Shown here piece by piece: positions 1-9,508 of a DNA stretch of 59,407 nucleotides (position 1 is its first letter; every line of letters starts with the position of its first letter). The translations under genes were made by a program, and so were the position numbers. Where the stretch lies: positions 1 through 59,407 of IMG/VR virus record IMGVR_UViG_3300042375_000244; one strand, written 5' to 3'. The stretch is from a virus (lineage: Duplodnaviria; Caudoviricetes). The notes below the pieces were generated by a model. The model was not told where the DNA came from. It ran no database searches and saw only the letters and a program-made list of their open reading frames with translations.

Positions 1-122
1 AAGGTCGATGTACGTCACGTTGTTCTTCTGCCCGATCCGGTGAGCACGGTCCTCTGACTGGATGCGAACCTCCAAATCAAAGCTGTTGGCGTAGTAAATA
101 ACCGTCGAGGCTTCTGTCAGGG
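1..122. repeat. Terminal direct repeat, left copy (circular overlap)
   Basis: Bases 1-122 match 59286-59407 and lie inside the SNF2 helicase frame, so this is an assembly overlap of a circular/permuted contig. Confidence 0.95.
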
Positions 123-1350
123 TCAAGCCGTATCCGCCAGTGCGCGACTGCCCAACAAAGAAGCGCAGCTTGGAGTCCGGGTTCTGAAACTCCAAGACGA
201 TGACCTGTCTTTCTTCCGGGTGGGTCTTCCCAGCATAAACCGCAACCGACTCAGCCCCATACTGCTTGGCTAGAGCTTCTTGAATCATCCGCAAGTCCTC
301 GACGTAAACCGCCCAGATGATGACCTTTCCTGTCACCTCCTCCAAAACTGTCAGCAGTTCTGTCAGCTTGTTCGTTGACAGCTTTTCGATCTGTCCGTCG
401 TCTGTCTTGATGAAGCCCGAACAAATCTGTTGGAGTCTTAGCATCTGTGTCAGAACATTCTGAGCTGTCACCATCCCGCCGTCCTTCTCCAACAGCGTGA
501 CAGCATTGTCCTTCATCTGTTTGTAGGCCACGGCCTGTTCGTCTGTCAGCTCAACCGACCGCTTGATGTAGAGTTTGTCCGGCAGGTCGAGGCAGTCCTT
601 CTTCAGGATGCGGTACGAGAAGCCCTCAAGTTTGTAGGACAGCTCGTCCAAGTTCTGATACCCGACAATCTGATTAAAGCTATGCGATCCGAGTGTGCGC
701 CTGACGATCTGGGCATACCGACCTTGGAACGAGAAGAAGGAGTTATACCCCAGCGTATGTGGACCAAGGAACGCGCACTGACTATATAGATCCATAGGCG
801 ATTGAGTGACGGGCGAGCCTGTCATGATCCGCCGATACGCTGCCTTTGATCCGACCTTGATGACGTTCTTCGTCCGCTTGGCCTTCATGTTCTTGATCGT
901 CGTGCTCTCATCAATCGCCACCAAGCACTTGCCCAATGCGACAAAATCAGTCGCGTAGTCCGTACCCTTCTCCGTGGATAAAGCCTCGATGTTCATCACG
1001 ACAATCTTCAAACGGTTGCTTGGTTTAAGGGCGTCGTCCAACGGACCACGGGCCTTCTTGGTCGAAGACGGGGACCACGCAACAATGTCTGTCTCAGCCA
1101 GAATACTGTCGGGCAAATGCTTGGGCAGCTCTGTCTTCTCCCAGTTCTTATAGACGCCCTTGGGAGCGACGATCAGGACAGCGTTGATCTTGTTCTCTTG
1201 AAACAACGCGCCAATCGTGTCGATTAAAATCTTGGATTTGCCTGTCCCCATCTCGCAGAACAGGGCATAATCAGGCTTCGACCACGACCTGTTCAGCGCC
1301 TCAACTTGATGCGCGAACGGCTGCATCTTGTATTGGTAGTTTGCAATCAT
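1..1350 (-). CDS. SNF2-family (SF2) helicase, 5' part; continues across the junction to 59181 (484 aa total)
   Basis: Absent from the ORF track. Manual translation from ATG 1350 (AGGAG upstream): MIANYQYKMQPFAHQVEALNRSWSKPDYALFCEMGTGKSK (Walker A); later IDES and QSEDRAHRIGQ motifs. Confidence 0.9.
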   Translation of the reverse strand, partial: MIANYQYKMQPFAHQVEALNRSWSKPDYALFCEMGTGKSKILIDTIGALFQENKINAVLIVAPKGVYKNWEKTELPKHLPDSILAETDIVAWSPSSTKKARGPLDDALKPSNRLKIVVMNIEALSTEKGTDYATDFVALGKCLVAIDESTTIKNMKAKRTKNVIKVGSKAAYRRIMTGSPVTQSPMDLYSQCAFLGPHTLGYNSFFSFQGRYAQIVRRTLGSHSFNQIVGYQNLDELSYKLEGFSYRILKKDCLDLPDKLYIKRSVELTDEQAVAYKQMKDNAVTLLEKDGGMVTAQNVLTQMLRLQQICSGFIKTDDGQIEKLSTNKLTELLTVLEEVTGKVIIWAVYVEDLRMIQEALAKQYGAESVAVYAGKTHPEERQVIVLEFQNPDSKLRFFVGQSRTGGYGLTLTEASTVIYYANSFDLEVRIQSEDRAHRIGQKNNVTYIDL

Positions 1351-1373
1351 TGAACCATCTCCTTTCTGAGAGA

Positions 1374-1437
1374 GTACTAACACAAGATAAACTTAATATC
1401 AACAGGGGTTGACTGCATCGAGAACGGATGCTAGGTT
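1374..1437. promoter_or_regulatory. Divergent sigma70-type promoters for helicase (left) and replication operon (right)
   Basis: Plus strand TTGACT(1409)-17 nt-TAGGTT(1432); minus strand TTGATA(1402)-17 nt-TAGTAC; AT-rich gap between divergent genes. Confidence 0.55.
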
Positions 1438-1461
1438 GACTCGTTAACGGGAGAACTCCGA

Positions 1462-1767
1462 ATGACAGTTTATGTAACTCAAGAACTAAAGGGACGTGAC
1501 TTATCGAGCGCGCTGGAGTTTGGCGAGCTTCAAGTCGTCGTGCCTGCAAATGTGGAAGTCACGCCTGAGAACATGGACGAGGTGAGGCAAGCCGTCTTTA
1601 GCGTCATGGCGCCTTTTGACTGCCAGAGGGACTATCTACTCTTGTCGGGGGACCCTGTTGTCATGGGTTTTGTCTGGCAAGTTGCCGCAGAAGAAGCCTA
1701 CGAGAAGTCGTTGCGTGTTCTGCGTTGGGACCGGATAGAAGGCCGGTACATTCTGTTCGACATCTAA
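1462..1767 (+). CDS. Hypothetical protein (replication operon)
   Basis: GGAG RBS; first gene behind the promoter; globular-looking 101 aa. Confidence 0.75.
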   Translation: MTVYVTQELKGRDLSSALEFGELQVVVPANVEVTPENMDEVRQAVFSVMAPFDCQRDYLLLSGDPVVMGFVWQVAAEEAYEKSLRVLRWDRIEGRYILFDI

Positions 1768-1787
1768 CTCTAAGAAAGGAATAGAGA

Positions 1788-2348
1788 ATGATCTACAATC
1801 TTGAAGATATGGAAGGCGTTGCGTCCGACCTACAGAAGGTAGACGAGGACGGACTGTCAAAGGTCGCGTCACTGGTACGCAAGCAGCTTGTTCTGGAACA
1901 GCGCGTTGTTGATCTGGAGACGGAGCTGAAAGCCACGAAGGCGCAACTGGACTCGGTGTCCGGGGACCTTCTGCCCGCCGCCCTGTCAGAGCATGGCCTG
2001 TCGCAGCTAAAGATGGCTGATGGCAGCGAGGTTACTGTCTCACGCTACTACTCTGCGTCCATCCCGAAGGATCGCACCGAAGAAGCGTTCGGGTGGTTGC
2101 AGCAGAACGACTTCGCTGACATCATAAAGAATCAGATCAGCACATCGTTTGGTCGAAACGAATCAAACCGCGCGAACGAATTGTTCGGACGGTTGGAACA
2201 AGAGGGGTATGTCCCCTCCCAAAAGCAGTGGGTGGAGCCAATGACGCTCAAGGCTTTTGTCAAGGAGCAGGTCGAAACTGGGAGAGAAATCCCGTCAGAC
2301 CTGTTCGGTGTATTCATTGGTGAAAAAGCAAAGATCCGGAGAAAGTAA
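1788..2348 (+). CDS. Phage hypothetical protein with coiled coil (replication module)
   Basis: AAGGA RBS; abuts the next gene; C-terminal VEPMTLKAFVKEQ motif of the kind seen before SSB-like genes in PolA phages. Confidence 0.75.
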   Translation: MIYNLEDMEGVASDLQKVDEDGLSKVASLVRKQLVLEQRVVDLETELKATKAQLDSVSGDLLPAALSEHGLSQLKMADGSEVTVSRYYSASIPKDRTEEAFGWLQQNDFADIIKNQISTSFGRNESNRANELFGRLEQEGYVPSQKQWVEPMTLKAFVKEQVETGREIPSDLFGVFIGEKAKIRRK

Positions 2349-3170
2349 ATGGCTAACGCAGTTGCAAAGAAAGAAGCAGCTTCTAGTGAAGTCGCCGTGT
2401 TTGACGCAAGCGCCTTCGAACAGTTCGCTAACGCGGGCATGGAAGACGTTCGCTCAGAAGATATGTCCATACCGTTCTTGCGTATTCTCGCGCAGCTCTC
2501 GCCCCAAGTTAACAAGCGGGACGGAGCCTACGTGGACGGTGCAGAAGCCGGGATGATCTACAACACTGTCGCCAACGAAGCATACAACGGTGAGACAGGT
2601 GTCACGGTAATACCGTGCTACTACAGCCGTCGCTATGTCGAGTGGAAGCCACGCGAGAAGGGTGGCGGCTACGTCGGCAGCTATGCGGCAGATGATCCAA
2701 TCGTCGCACGCGCTCGCAAGGACGAGAAGGGTGTTGAGACCCTCCCGAACGGGAACCTTCTGACAAACACAGCGCAGTTCTTTGTGTTGATGATGCACGA
2801 GGAACTCGGGCCGCAGCGTTGCTTGATTACGATGAGCAGCACGCAGCTCAAGAAGGCGCGCAAGTGGATGACGCAGATGCAGTCCCTGCAAGCCCGAGGC
2901 AAGAACGGAATGTTCACGCTTCCCATGATGAGCCAGAAGTACACGCTTCGCACAACCGAAGAGCGTAACGACAAGGGCTCGTGGTTTGGGTGGGACGTTT
3001 CGCGTCAAGGTCCTCTCGACATGGCCTCCGAAAGCGACCTGTTCGAGATGGCCCTGACCTTTGCCAAGTCCGTCAAGGCTGGCGAAGTGAAGGTGAAGGA
3101 AGATATGTCAGACGAGGGCTTTGCAAAGAGCTCTCCCGGTAGCAGGCAGGCGGACGACGTACCCTTCTAG
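2349..3170 (+). CDS. Putative single-stranded DNA-binding/annealing protein
   Basis: Acidic C-terminal tail ending DDVPF (SSB-type tip); directly upstream of primase. Confidence 0.6.
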   Translation: MANAVAKKEAASSEVAVFDASAFEQFANAGMEDVRSEDMSIPFLRILAQLSPQVNKRDGAYVDGAEAGMIYNTVANEAYNGETGVTVIPCYYSRRYVEWKPREKGGGYVGSYAADDPIVARARKDEKGVETLPNGNLLTNTAQFFVLMMHEELGPQRCLITMSSTQLKKARKWMTQMQSLQARGKNGMFTLPMMSQKYTLRTTEERNDKGSWFGWDVSRQGPLDMASESDLFEMALTFAKSVKAGEVKVKEDMSDEGFAKSSPGSRQADDVPF

Positions 3171-3189
3171 GTCGTCTAGCTTATGTCTT

Positions 3190-3225
3190 GGGGGAACCGA
3201 GATCGCGATTTCGGTTCCCCCTTTT
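3190..3225 (+). terminator. Rho-independent terminator
   Basis: GGGGGAACCGAGATC-GC-GATTTCGGTTCCCCC stem followed by TTTT after the SSB-like gene. Confidence 0.8.
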
Positions 3226-3248
3226 CCTGTCCTCTCGGAGTCTGAGAA

Positions 3249-4775
3249 ATGGACTTAGCTACCCGGTTCTTCGCCCTCTTCAGAGGGAACGATAGAGCTC
3301 ACGGGACATTCAATGTTCAGGCCGACCGAGAGCGGGACGGGAAGAAACAGGGTGTTGCGCGCGTTCTCAAAGAAACAACGACCATTGACCATTGGTCCGG
3401 GCACCTTGCTGGTACGCAAGGGCTCGGCATTATCCCGATCAAGGATAACAACGCCTGTCACTGGGGCGCGATAGATATTGACGTCTACAATCTGGACCAC
3501 AAGGTCCTGACATCGAAGATCAAGAAGCTGGACATCCCCGGCGTCGTCTGCCGCAGCAAGTCTGGCGGGGCGCACCTGTACTTCTTCTTCAAGGAGGAGG
3601 TCAAAGCCTCGACACTCCAGCCGAAACTTCGGGACATCGCATCCATCCTTGGCTACGCGGGATCAGAGATCTTCCCCAAGCAGACCGAGATCCTTGTCGA
3701 GCGCGGTGATACCGGCAACTTCCTCAACATGCCCTACTTCATGGGCGAAGACACAACACGTTACGGGTTTGACAAAGATGGCATCTCCCTTGGACTGTCC
3801 GAGTTTCTGGATTATGCGGAGGGCGCACGACTCGACATTGACGCGTTTCTCGACATCAAAACAAACCCTGTCAAAGACGACAGCATACTCCCGAACGGCC
3901 CGCCCTGCTTGCAGCATCTCTGCACGGAAGGCTTTGGAGAAGGTAGTCGCAACAACGCGCTCTTCAGCCTTGGCGTATATGCGCGACTGTCAGACAAGCA
4001 GAACTGGGAGCACGTAATCCAAAAATATAATATGGATTATATGAAGCCTCCGCTTCCAGCGAACGAGGTTGCTACGATCATCAAGCAACTTCAAAAGAAG
4101 GACTACTTCTACAAGTGCGAAGACCAACCGCTTGTCAGCTTCTGCAATAAAAGTCTTTGCATGACGCGCAAGTTCGGCGTTGGTCCCGGCGAGTTGAACA
4201 ACGAGCTATCAAGTCTGACAAAGATCAACGGCGATCCGCCGATCTGGTTGCTCAACGTGGACGGAAGCCGTGTCGAACTAAGCACAGAAGCCCTTGTCTC
4301 CCAGATCATTTTTCAAAAGGAGTGCGTGGCGCAGGTGAACAAATACCCTGTCGGCATGAACAGCAAGGCATGGCAGGCAAGGATGCAGGTGCTTCTCAAT
4401 AACCTGACAATCATTGAGGTTCCGCCCGATGCGACACTGAAGGGTGCGTTCGAAGACTTACTAACGTCATTCTGTTGTGACAGAGCCAAGGGTGTGGAGC
4501 GCGAAGATATATTACAAGGCATCGCAGTCTGGGCAGAAGGCCGAGTGTACTTCCAAATAAAAGACGTGATGAAGCATCTTCTGGTCAACGACTTCAAAAC
4601 CTACACGTCAAACAAAATATCCCTGCGGGTGAAAGAGCTTGGAGCGGAGAAAATGTTTTGGAATGTGAAGGGTAAGGGCGTCCACGTCTGGGGTTTCCCT
4701 GAAGAGTTCTTCGGGGATGGCAGCGCCGTCACTCTTGACCTGCCAGAGCGTACCGACAGAGGCAGCATCATATGA
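3249..4775 (+). CDS. AEP-superfamily primase with PriCT-like domain
   Basis: WGAIDID and RSKSGGAHLYFF catalytic motifs; GPPCL...GEGSRNNALF PriCT-like segment; Cys cluster YKCEDQP...FCNKSLC. Confidence 0.8.
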   Translation: MDLATRFFALFRGNDRAHGTFNVQADRERDGKKQGVARVLKETTTIDHWSGHLAGTQGLGIIPIKDNNACHWGAIDIDVYNLDHKVLTSKIKKLDIPGVVCRSKSGGAHLYFFFKEEVKASTLQPKLRDIASILGYAGSEIFPKQTEILVERGDTGNFLNMPYFMGEDTTRYGFDKDGISLGLSEFLDYAEGARLDIDAFLDIKTNPVKDDSILPNGPPCLQHLCTEGFGEGSRNNALFSLGVYARLSDKQNWEHVIQKYNMDYMKPPLPANEVATIIKQLQKKDYFYKCEDQPLVSFCNKSLCMTRKFGVGPGELNNELSSLTKINGDPPIWLLNVDGSRVELSTEALVSQIIFQKECVAQVNKYPVGMNSKAWQARMQVLLNNLTIIEVPPDATLKGAFEDLLTSFCCDRAKGVEREDILQGIAVWAEGRVYFQIKDVMKHLLVNDFKTYTSNKISLRVKELGAEKMFWNVKGKGVHVWGFPEEFFGDGSAVTLDLPERTDRGSII

Positions 4776-6289
4776 ACATCATTCTTGGACCACCGGGTAC
4801 AGGAAAGACCACCAGACTTCTGACACTGGTCGAGCAATACATGGAAGCTGGCGTCCCTGCCGATAGGATCGGATACTTCTCCTTCACGCGCCGGGCTGCA
4901 CAAGAAGCCGTGTCGCGCGCTTGCATACGCTTCAAGATGGGCGCAAAGGAGTTCCCCTACTTCCGCACCCTGCACAGCCTTGCCTACCATCAGTTAGGTC
5001 TGGGCAAGAGCAGCATCATGACGGGCAGGCATTACAGGGAAGTCGGTGAGTGGCTCAAGATCGGGGGGTTCTCCGACGGTATGACGTTGCCCGAGGGTCC
5101 GTTTGCAGATTTCGGATTCGGAGACAAGTTCCTTGAAATCATAAACATCTCCCGCATCTGTCAGACCCCACTGCGCGAGGTGTACAACGGATCGTCCGTC
5201 CCGCTGCGTACAGACTGGAGCCGCGTTGACTACGTTGATCGCGGCCTCAAGGCATACAAGAAGGACAACTCCGTCTACGACTACACCGACACGCTGGAGA
5301 TGTTCATCGAGAGAGACGTAGCCCCGAAGCTGGAGGTCGTCCTGATCGACGAGGTGCAGGACCTGTCACCACTACAGTGGAAGATGGTCCACTCCATCAT
5401 ATCCAAGGCGAAGACCGTCTACATCGCAGGCGACGACGATCAAGCCATCTATCGCTGGGCCGGAGCTGACGTGGACTACTTCGTCAGACTGGAGGGCAGC
5501 GTGGAGGTTCTTGGTCAGAGCTATCGCATCCCGTCCAGCCACCACACCATCAGCCAAAAGGTCATCAACCGGATCTTCAACCGCAGACAGAAGGACTTCA
5601 AGCCCCGCGAAGAGGAGGGCGAGGTCCAGTGGCATCGGCACAGCGAAGAGGTTGATCTATCGCAAGGTGACTGGCTGCTTCTGTCACGCACACGCAAGGG
5701 CTCAAACAATCTGGAGCAGGAGGTTCGCCAGCGCGGCTATCTGTACTCGTACAACGCCAGCAACAGTATCGAGTCCGAGGTGGTCGATGCTGTCAGGAAC
5801 TGGTCTGACTTGCGGGACGGCAAGAAACTTCGAGCCTCCGAGGTAAAGCGCGTATACAAATACATGGCGCTAAATACCGAGGTTGAGTTCGGACACAAGA
5901 CACTGCCCGGCGTAGACGACATGAAGCTGCTCGGCATTGATGATCTGCTCTTGGACCACGGCCTTCTGCACACACGCCCGTGGGAAGAAAGCCTGACGAA
6001 GATCCCGGAGTCTGACAGAAGATATCTACAGATCTGCCTTCGCAACAACGAGTCCTTCACAGAGAAGCCGCGCATTGTGATCTCCACCATCCACGGAGCC
6101 AAGGGTGGCGAAGCAACAAACGTGGTTCTTCTGACTGACGGCATCCGTCGAAACAACAGCCTCTGGAAGAAAAACATTTACGACGAGGACGACGAGGCGC
6201 GGGTGTTCTATGTTGGTCTGACACGCGCCAAGAAACGTCTACATCTCATTCATCCAATGGTATCCAAAGGCTATGACATCCCACACTGA
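4772..6289 (+). CDS. UvrD/Rep-like SF1 helicase
   Basis: GPPGTGKT, IDEVQD, AGDDDQAIY, QSYR, STIHGAKGGE, YVGLTRAK motifs; ATGA overlap with primase. Confidence 0.93.
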   Translation: MNIILGPPGTGKTTRLLTLVEQYMEAGVPADRIGYFSFTRRAAQEAVSRACIRFKMGAKEFPYFRTLHSLAYHQLGLGKSSIMTGRHYREVGEWLKIGGFSDGMTLPEGPFADFGFGDKFLEIINISRICQTPLREVYNGSSVPLRTDWSRVDYVDRGLKAYKKDNSVYDYTDTLEMFIERDVAPKLEVVLIDEVQDLSPLQWKMVHSIISKAKTVYIAGDDDQAIYRWAGADVDYFVRLEGSVEVLGQSYRIPSSHHTISQKVINRIFNRRQKDFKPREEEGEVQWHRHSEEVDLSQGDWLLLSRTRKGSNNLEQEVRQRGYLYSYNASNSIESEVVDAVRNWSDLRDGKKLRASEVKRVYKYMALNTEVEFGHKTLPGVDDMKLLGIDDLLLDHGLLHTRPWEESLTKIPESDRRYLQICLRNNESFTEKPRIVISTIHGAKGGEATNVVLLTDGIRRNNSLWKKNIYDEDDEARVFYVGLTRAKKRLHLIHPMVSKGYDIPH

Positions 6290-6497
6290 ACCAATGCTTA
6301 TGCGTGCGGTCTGTGGCTGTGGCCTTGAGGCGCAGCTCATAACCCGCCAGTGGCTAAAAAAGGAATGGCCTGTCTGCTATTGCGACAAGCCCATGAGGAT
6401 AGAAAATGTCTCAAGCGAATCTCTTCCCGACTGCCTCAGAGTGGGTAATGCCCGACGGGTTCCCGAACCTGTCAGGCGCGACGGAGATAGCGATTGA
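6273..6497 (+). CDS. Possible small Cys-rich protein
   Basis: CGC...CYC motifs; fills the helicase-polymerase gap but overlaps polA by about 90 nt. Confidence 0.35.
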   Translation: MTSHTEPMLMRAVCGCGLEAQLITRQWLKKEWPVCYCDKPMRIENVSSESLPDCLRVGNARRVPEPVRRDGDSD

Positions 6498-8289
6498 TCT
6501 GGAGACCTACGACCCTCACCTAAAAGAGAAGGGGAGTGGGTGGCCTACACGAGACGGACACATCATAGGTGTGGCAGTCGCAGTGGAAGGTCGCGCGTGG
6601 TACTTCCCTATTCGCCACCAGACCGGCGGAAACATGGACCCGCAGGTCGTCCTGCGCTGGGTCGCACGCATCTGCGCGGTCCCTGACAGGGACTACATCT
6701 TCCACAACGCACACTACGACGTGGGCTGGCTTCGGGCCGAGGGCGTGGAGGTCAAGGGCCGTGTTGTTGACACTATGGTCGCCGCCCCACTGATCGACGA
6801 GAACAGGTTTAGCTATGCCCTGACAAATCTCGGGCGCGATTATCTGCATGAGCGCAAGGACGAGCGACTGCTGCGCGAAGCTGCCGCCGAGTGGAGCGTG
6901 GACGCCAAAGCGGAGATGTACAAACTCCCTCCCCAGTACGTCGGTCCCTACGCAGAGCAGGACGCAGCACTGACCTTGCGTCTGTGGCGTCACCTTCAGG
7001 GCCTGATAATCAAAGAGGACGTGTCCAGCATCTTCGATCTGGAGCTTGGGGTTCTGCGGACCACCATCGACATGCGCTCACGCGGCGTTCGTGTGGATCT
7101 GGAAGGCGCTGACAGGGTTAAGAAGGACTTGGAGAAGCGGGAGAAGGACATCCTCCAAAAGATCAAGGCCGACTACGGGTTGGATGTGGACATCTGGGCC
7201 GCGGCCAGCGTCGCCAAGGTGTTCGACAAAGCCGGGATCGAATACCAGAAGACCGAGGCAACCGGCGCTCCGAGTTTTACCAAGAGTTTTCTGACATCGA
7301 GCGACCATCCACTGCCACAGGGGATCGTCGCGGCGCGCGAGTTTAACAAGGCGCGCACGACCTTCATCGACGCGATCCTCAAGCACCAGCACAAAGGACG
7401 CATCCACGCCGACATCCACCAGCTTCGGTCTGACAGCGGCGGCACCATCACGGGGCGCTTCAGCTATAGCTCACCAAATCTCCAGCAACTTCCTGCCAGA
7501 AACGAGCTGATCGGTCCGATGATCCGTGGGCTGTTCCTGCCGGAAGAAGGGGAGAAGTGGGGGAGCTTCGACTACTCCTCCCAAGAACCAAGGATCGTGG
7601 TCCACTACGCATCCCTTATGAAGCTGCCAAGAGCGAACGAGTTCGTCGAGAAGTACAACGCTGACAAGTATTCCGACTTTCACCAGATCGCCGCCGACAT
7701 CGTGGGCGTCCCGCGCAAGCAAGCAAAGACCATCAACCTTGGACTGTTCTACGGGATGGGTATCACCAAGCTGGCGGCGCAGCTCGGTCTGGAACTGTCA
7801 GACGCCAAGGACCTGTTCGCCAAGTATCACGACGAGGTGCCCTTCGTCCGTGGCATCAGCGAAGTCGCCTCCGCCCGCGCCGGGGAGTTCGGTTCCATCC
7901 GCACCCTGCTCGGCAGGAAGTGCCGCTATGACAAATGGGAACCCTCTATGTTCGGGGTCCACAAGCCCCTGTCCCACGAAGAAGCCTTCGCAACCTACGG
8001 CAAGGGCATCCGGCGCGCCTTCACGTACAAGGCCCTGAACAGCCTGATCCAAGGCTCTGCCGCCGACCAAACCAAAAAGGCGATGGTGCTGCTGGCCGAA
8101 GAAGGTATCCTGCCCATGGTCCAAATCCACGACGAACTGGCGGTGTCAGTCCCCGACGAGGCGACGGCGCGGCGCGTGCAGGAGATCATGGAGACGTGCG
8201 TCAAGCTGGTGGTTCCGTCCGTCGTAGACGCGGAGCTTGGAGAGTCGTGGGGAACTGCTACAAAGAAGATCGACGATGCTTGGAAATGA
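6406..8289 (+). CDS. polA: DNA polymerase family A with 3'-5' exonuclease
   Basis: ExoI DLET, ExoII HNAHYD, ExoIII YAEQD; TGRFS, motif A DYSSQEPR, motif B KTINLGLFYG, motif C QIHDE. Confidence 0.96.
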   Translation: MSQANLFPTASEWVMPDGFPNLSGATEIAIDLETYDPHLKEKGSGWPTRDGHIIGVAVAVEGRAWYFPIRHQTGGNMDPQVVLRWVARICAVPDRDYIFHNAHYDVGWLRAEGVEVKGRVVDTMVAAPLIDENRFSYALTNLGRDYLHERKDERLLREAAAEWSVDAKAEMYKLPPQYVGPYAEQDAALTLRLWRHLQGLIIKEDVSSIFDLELGVLRTTIDMRSRGVRVDLEGADRVKKDLEKREKDILQKIKADYGLDVDIWAAASVAKVFDKAGIEYQKTEATGAPSFTKSFLTSSDHPLPQGIVAAREFNKARTTFIDAILKHQHKGRIHADIHQLRSDSGGTITGRFSYSSPNLQQLPARNELIGPMIRGLFLPEEGEKWGSFDYSSQEPRIVVHYASLMKLPRANEFVEKYNADKYSDFHQIAADIVGVPRKQAKTINLGLFYGMGITKLAAQLGLELSDAKDLFAKYHDEVPFVRGISEVASARAGEFGSIRTLLGRKCRYDKWEPSMFGVHKPLSHEEAFATYGKGIRRAFTYKALNSLIQGSAADQTKKAMVLLAEEGILPMVQIHDELAVSVPDEATARRVQEIMETCVKLVVPSVVDAELGESWGTATKKIDDAWK

Positions 8290-8416
8290 GATATTCATGT
8301 ACAGAAAACTCATCATGTTGCTGCAAGAGAACGGGTTGGGCGAGACCGAAGCGGAAAGACTTGCCGCCCACATCCTCGAAATGCTGACAGCGTTTGTCAA
8401 CAAGAAGTTAATCTGA
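8276..8416 (+). CDS. Small hypothetical protein (46 aa)
   Basis: Manual translation MLGNEIFMYRKLIMLLQENGLGETEAERLAAHILEMLTAFVNKKLI; fills the gap after polA. Confidence 0.5.
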   Translation: MLGNEIFMYRKLIMLLQENGLGETEAERLAAHILEMLTAFVNKKLI

Positions 8417-8428
8417 TATAAAGATCGC

Positions 8429-8794
8429 ATGTCTATCTTGGTCGCAATCAGAGAAGAACGGGACGAACTCAAGCGCAAGCTGGAGGACATCACCCATACG
8501 CGGGACACGGAAAGCCTTCCGTTCTCCATGGCCTTTCTGTTGCCCCGGCAACTAGCCCACATTCTTCGCGCCATCTACATGGACCCGAAGGCTGTCAGTC
8601 GGGAAGAGGTCCTTGGGATTATAAGCTACACAGGACGGGTCAAGATGCAATCGACGAAGGTCGTGGATGTTGCGATCTGCCGTCTGAACAAGCGGCTTAA
8701 AGAGCACGACTTGCGTGTCAGAAATCTTCGAGGCGTTGGGTTCTACTTCAATGCAGAAGACAAGAGCCTCATCAAGAAGCTCTTGTCCGTCTAA
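8429..8794 (+). CDS. Receiver-less OmpR/PhoB-type winged-helix DNA-binding protein, CtrA-like recognition helix
   Basis: VSREEVL...KVVDVAICRLNKRL...VRNLRGVGFYF fits the OmpR/PhoB C-terminal fold; N-terminal coiled coil instead of a receiver domain. Confidence 0.8.
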   Translation: MSILVAIREERDELKRKLEDITHTRDTESLPFSMAFLLPRQLAHILRAIYMDPKAVSREEVLGIISYTGRVKMQSTKVVDVAICRLNKRLKEHDLRVRNLRGVGFYFNAEDKSLIKKLLSV

Positions 8795-8799
8795 AGCTG

Positions 8800-9144
8800 T
8801 CAGGCGTACATATCCCGCACCTGCTGGAGCGACAGGAAGGTGATCGTGGGCGACAGGTCCAGATCATCCGGCGCCGCCAAAGTCTCCCCCTCCTCGTCTG
8901 CGTCGCCAAGAACAAGGCCGTTCCCGGCAAGAGGCTGCGCCCACCCTTCCAGCATGAAGAAGTGCTGCGGGTTGTTGAGCAAGCCCTCGTCGTCAACGAA
9001 GACGCTCAGGCTGTGGCCCCCTGATTCGGCATACACGATGTCGAACAGATCGCATCCGATGTGAGTGTAGATGGTCTTGTAGTCGCCGTTGTAATCAACC
9101 GGCGTGATGGTCTTCGTCTCGGAGTCAATGAGGTAGGCTTTCAT
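8800..9144 (-). CDS. DUF3846-like phage protein
   Basis: MKAYLID...IGCDLFDIV...VFVDDEGLL...LAGNGLVLG pattern; start placed at ATG 9144 behind AAAGG. Confidence 0.7.
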   Translation of the reverse strand: MKAYLIDSETKTITPVDYNGDYKTIYTHIGCDLFDIVYAESGGHSLSVFVDDEGLLNNPQHFFMLEGWAQPLAGNGLVLGDADEEGETLAAPDDLDLSPTITFLSLQQVRDMYA

Positions 9145-9179
9145 CGCGCATAACCTTTCTGCGTTGTTGCGATGAGGGG

Positions 9180-9207
9180 AGATTAACACACCCGATAAGC
9201 ATGTCAA
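9180..9207 (-). promoter_or_regulatory. Sigma70-type promoter for the DUF3846-like gene
   Basis: TTGACA-16 nt-TAATCT on the minus strand. Confidence 0.55.
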
Positions 9208-9225
9208 TCCCCCTTCAGTCCACGC

Positions 9226-9495
9226 TTACTCTTTTATTCCGGGCCGCGCACTGCCGCCCTTGCGACCAGCCTCCACCGCCAGCTCCCGGTTCGTGGAGAA
9301 CGCACGCCGCTCGGCGGGGACGTTGTTCCCGCCCTTCCTGCCAGCCTCGCTCGCCTTGTCCCTGTTTACAGAGTACGTCCGCTTCTCCGGAGGAACCGAA
9401 AGCCCGCCACGCTGCGCAATCTCCCGAAGCCGCTCCGGCGTCATAAGCGCAAACCCACGCAAGGCCTTGGGCTTCTCAATCATTTCGTCTGTCAT
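9226..9495 (-). CDS. KGG-repeat general stress protein (YciG/GsiB-like)
   Basis: RGFALMTPERLREIAQRGG plus two NRxxAxEAGRKGG repeats. Confidence 0.85.
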   Translation of the reverse strand: MTDEMIEKPKALRGFALMTPERLREIAQRGGLSVPPEKRTYSVNRDKASEAGRKGGNNVPAERRAFSTNRELAVEAGRKGGSARPGIKE

Positions 9496-9508
9496 GCTGC
9501 TACCCCTG

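Noticed and set aside
1-122. Terminal repeat as a biological direct terminal repeat
   Set aside because: It interrupts the SNF2 helicase frame, which reads through on circularisation; best explained as assembly overlap.
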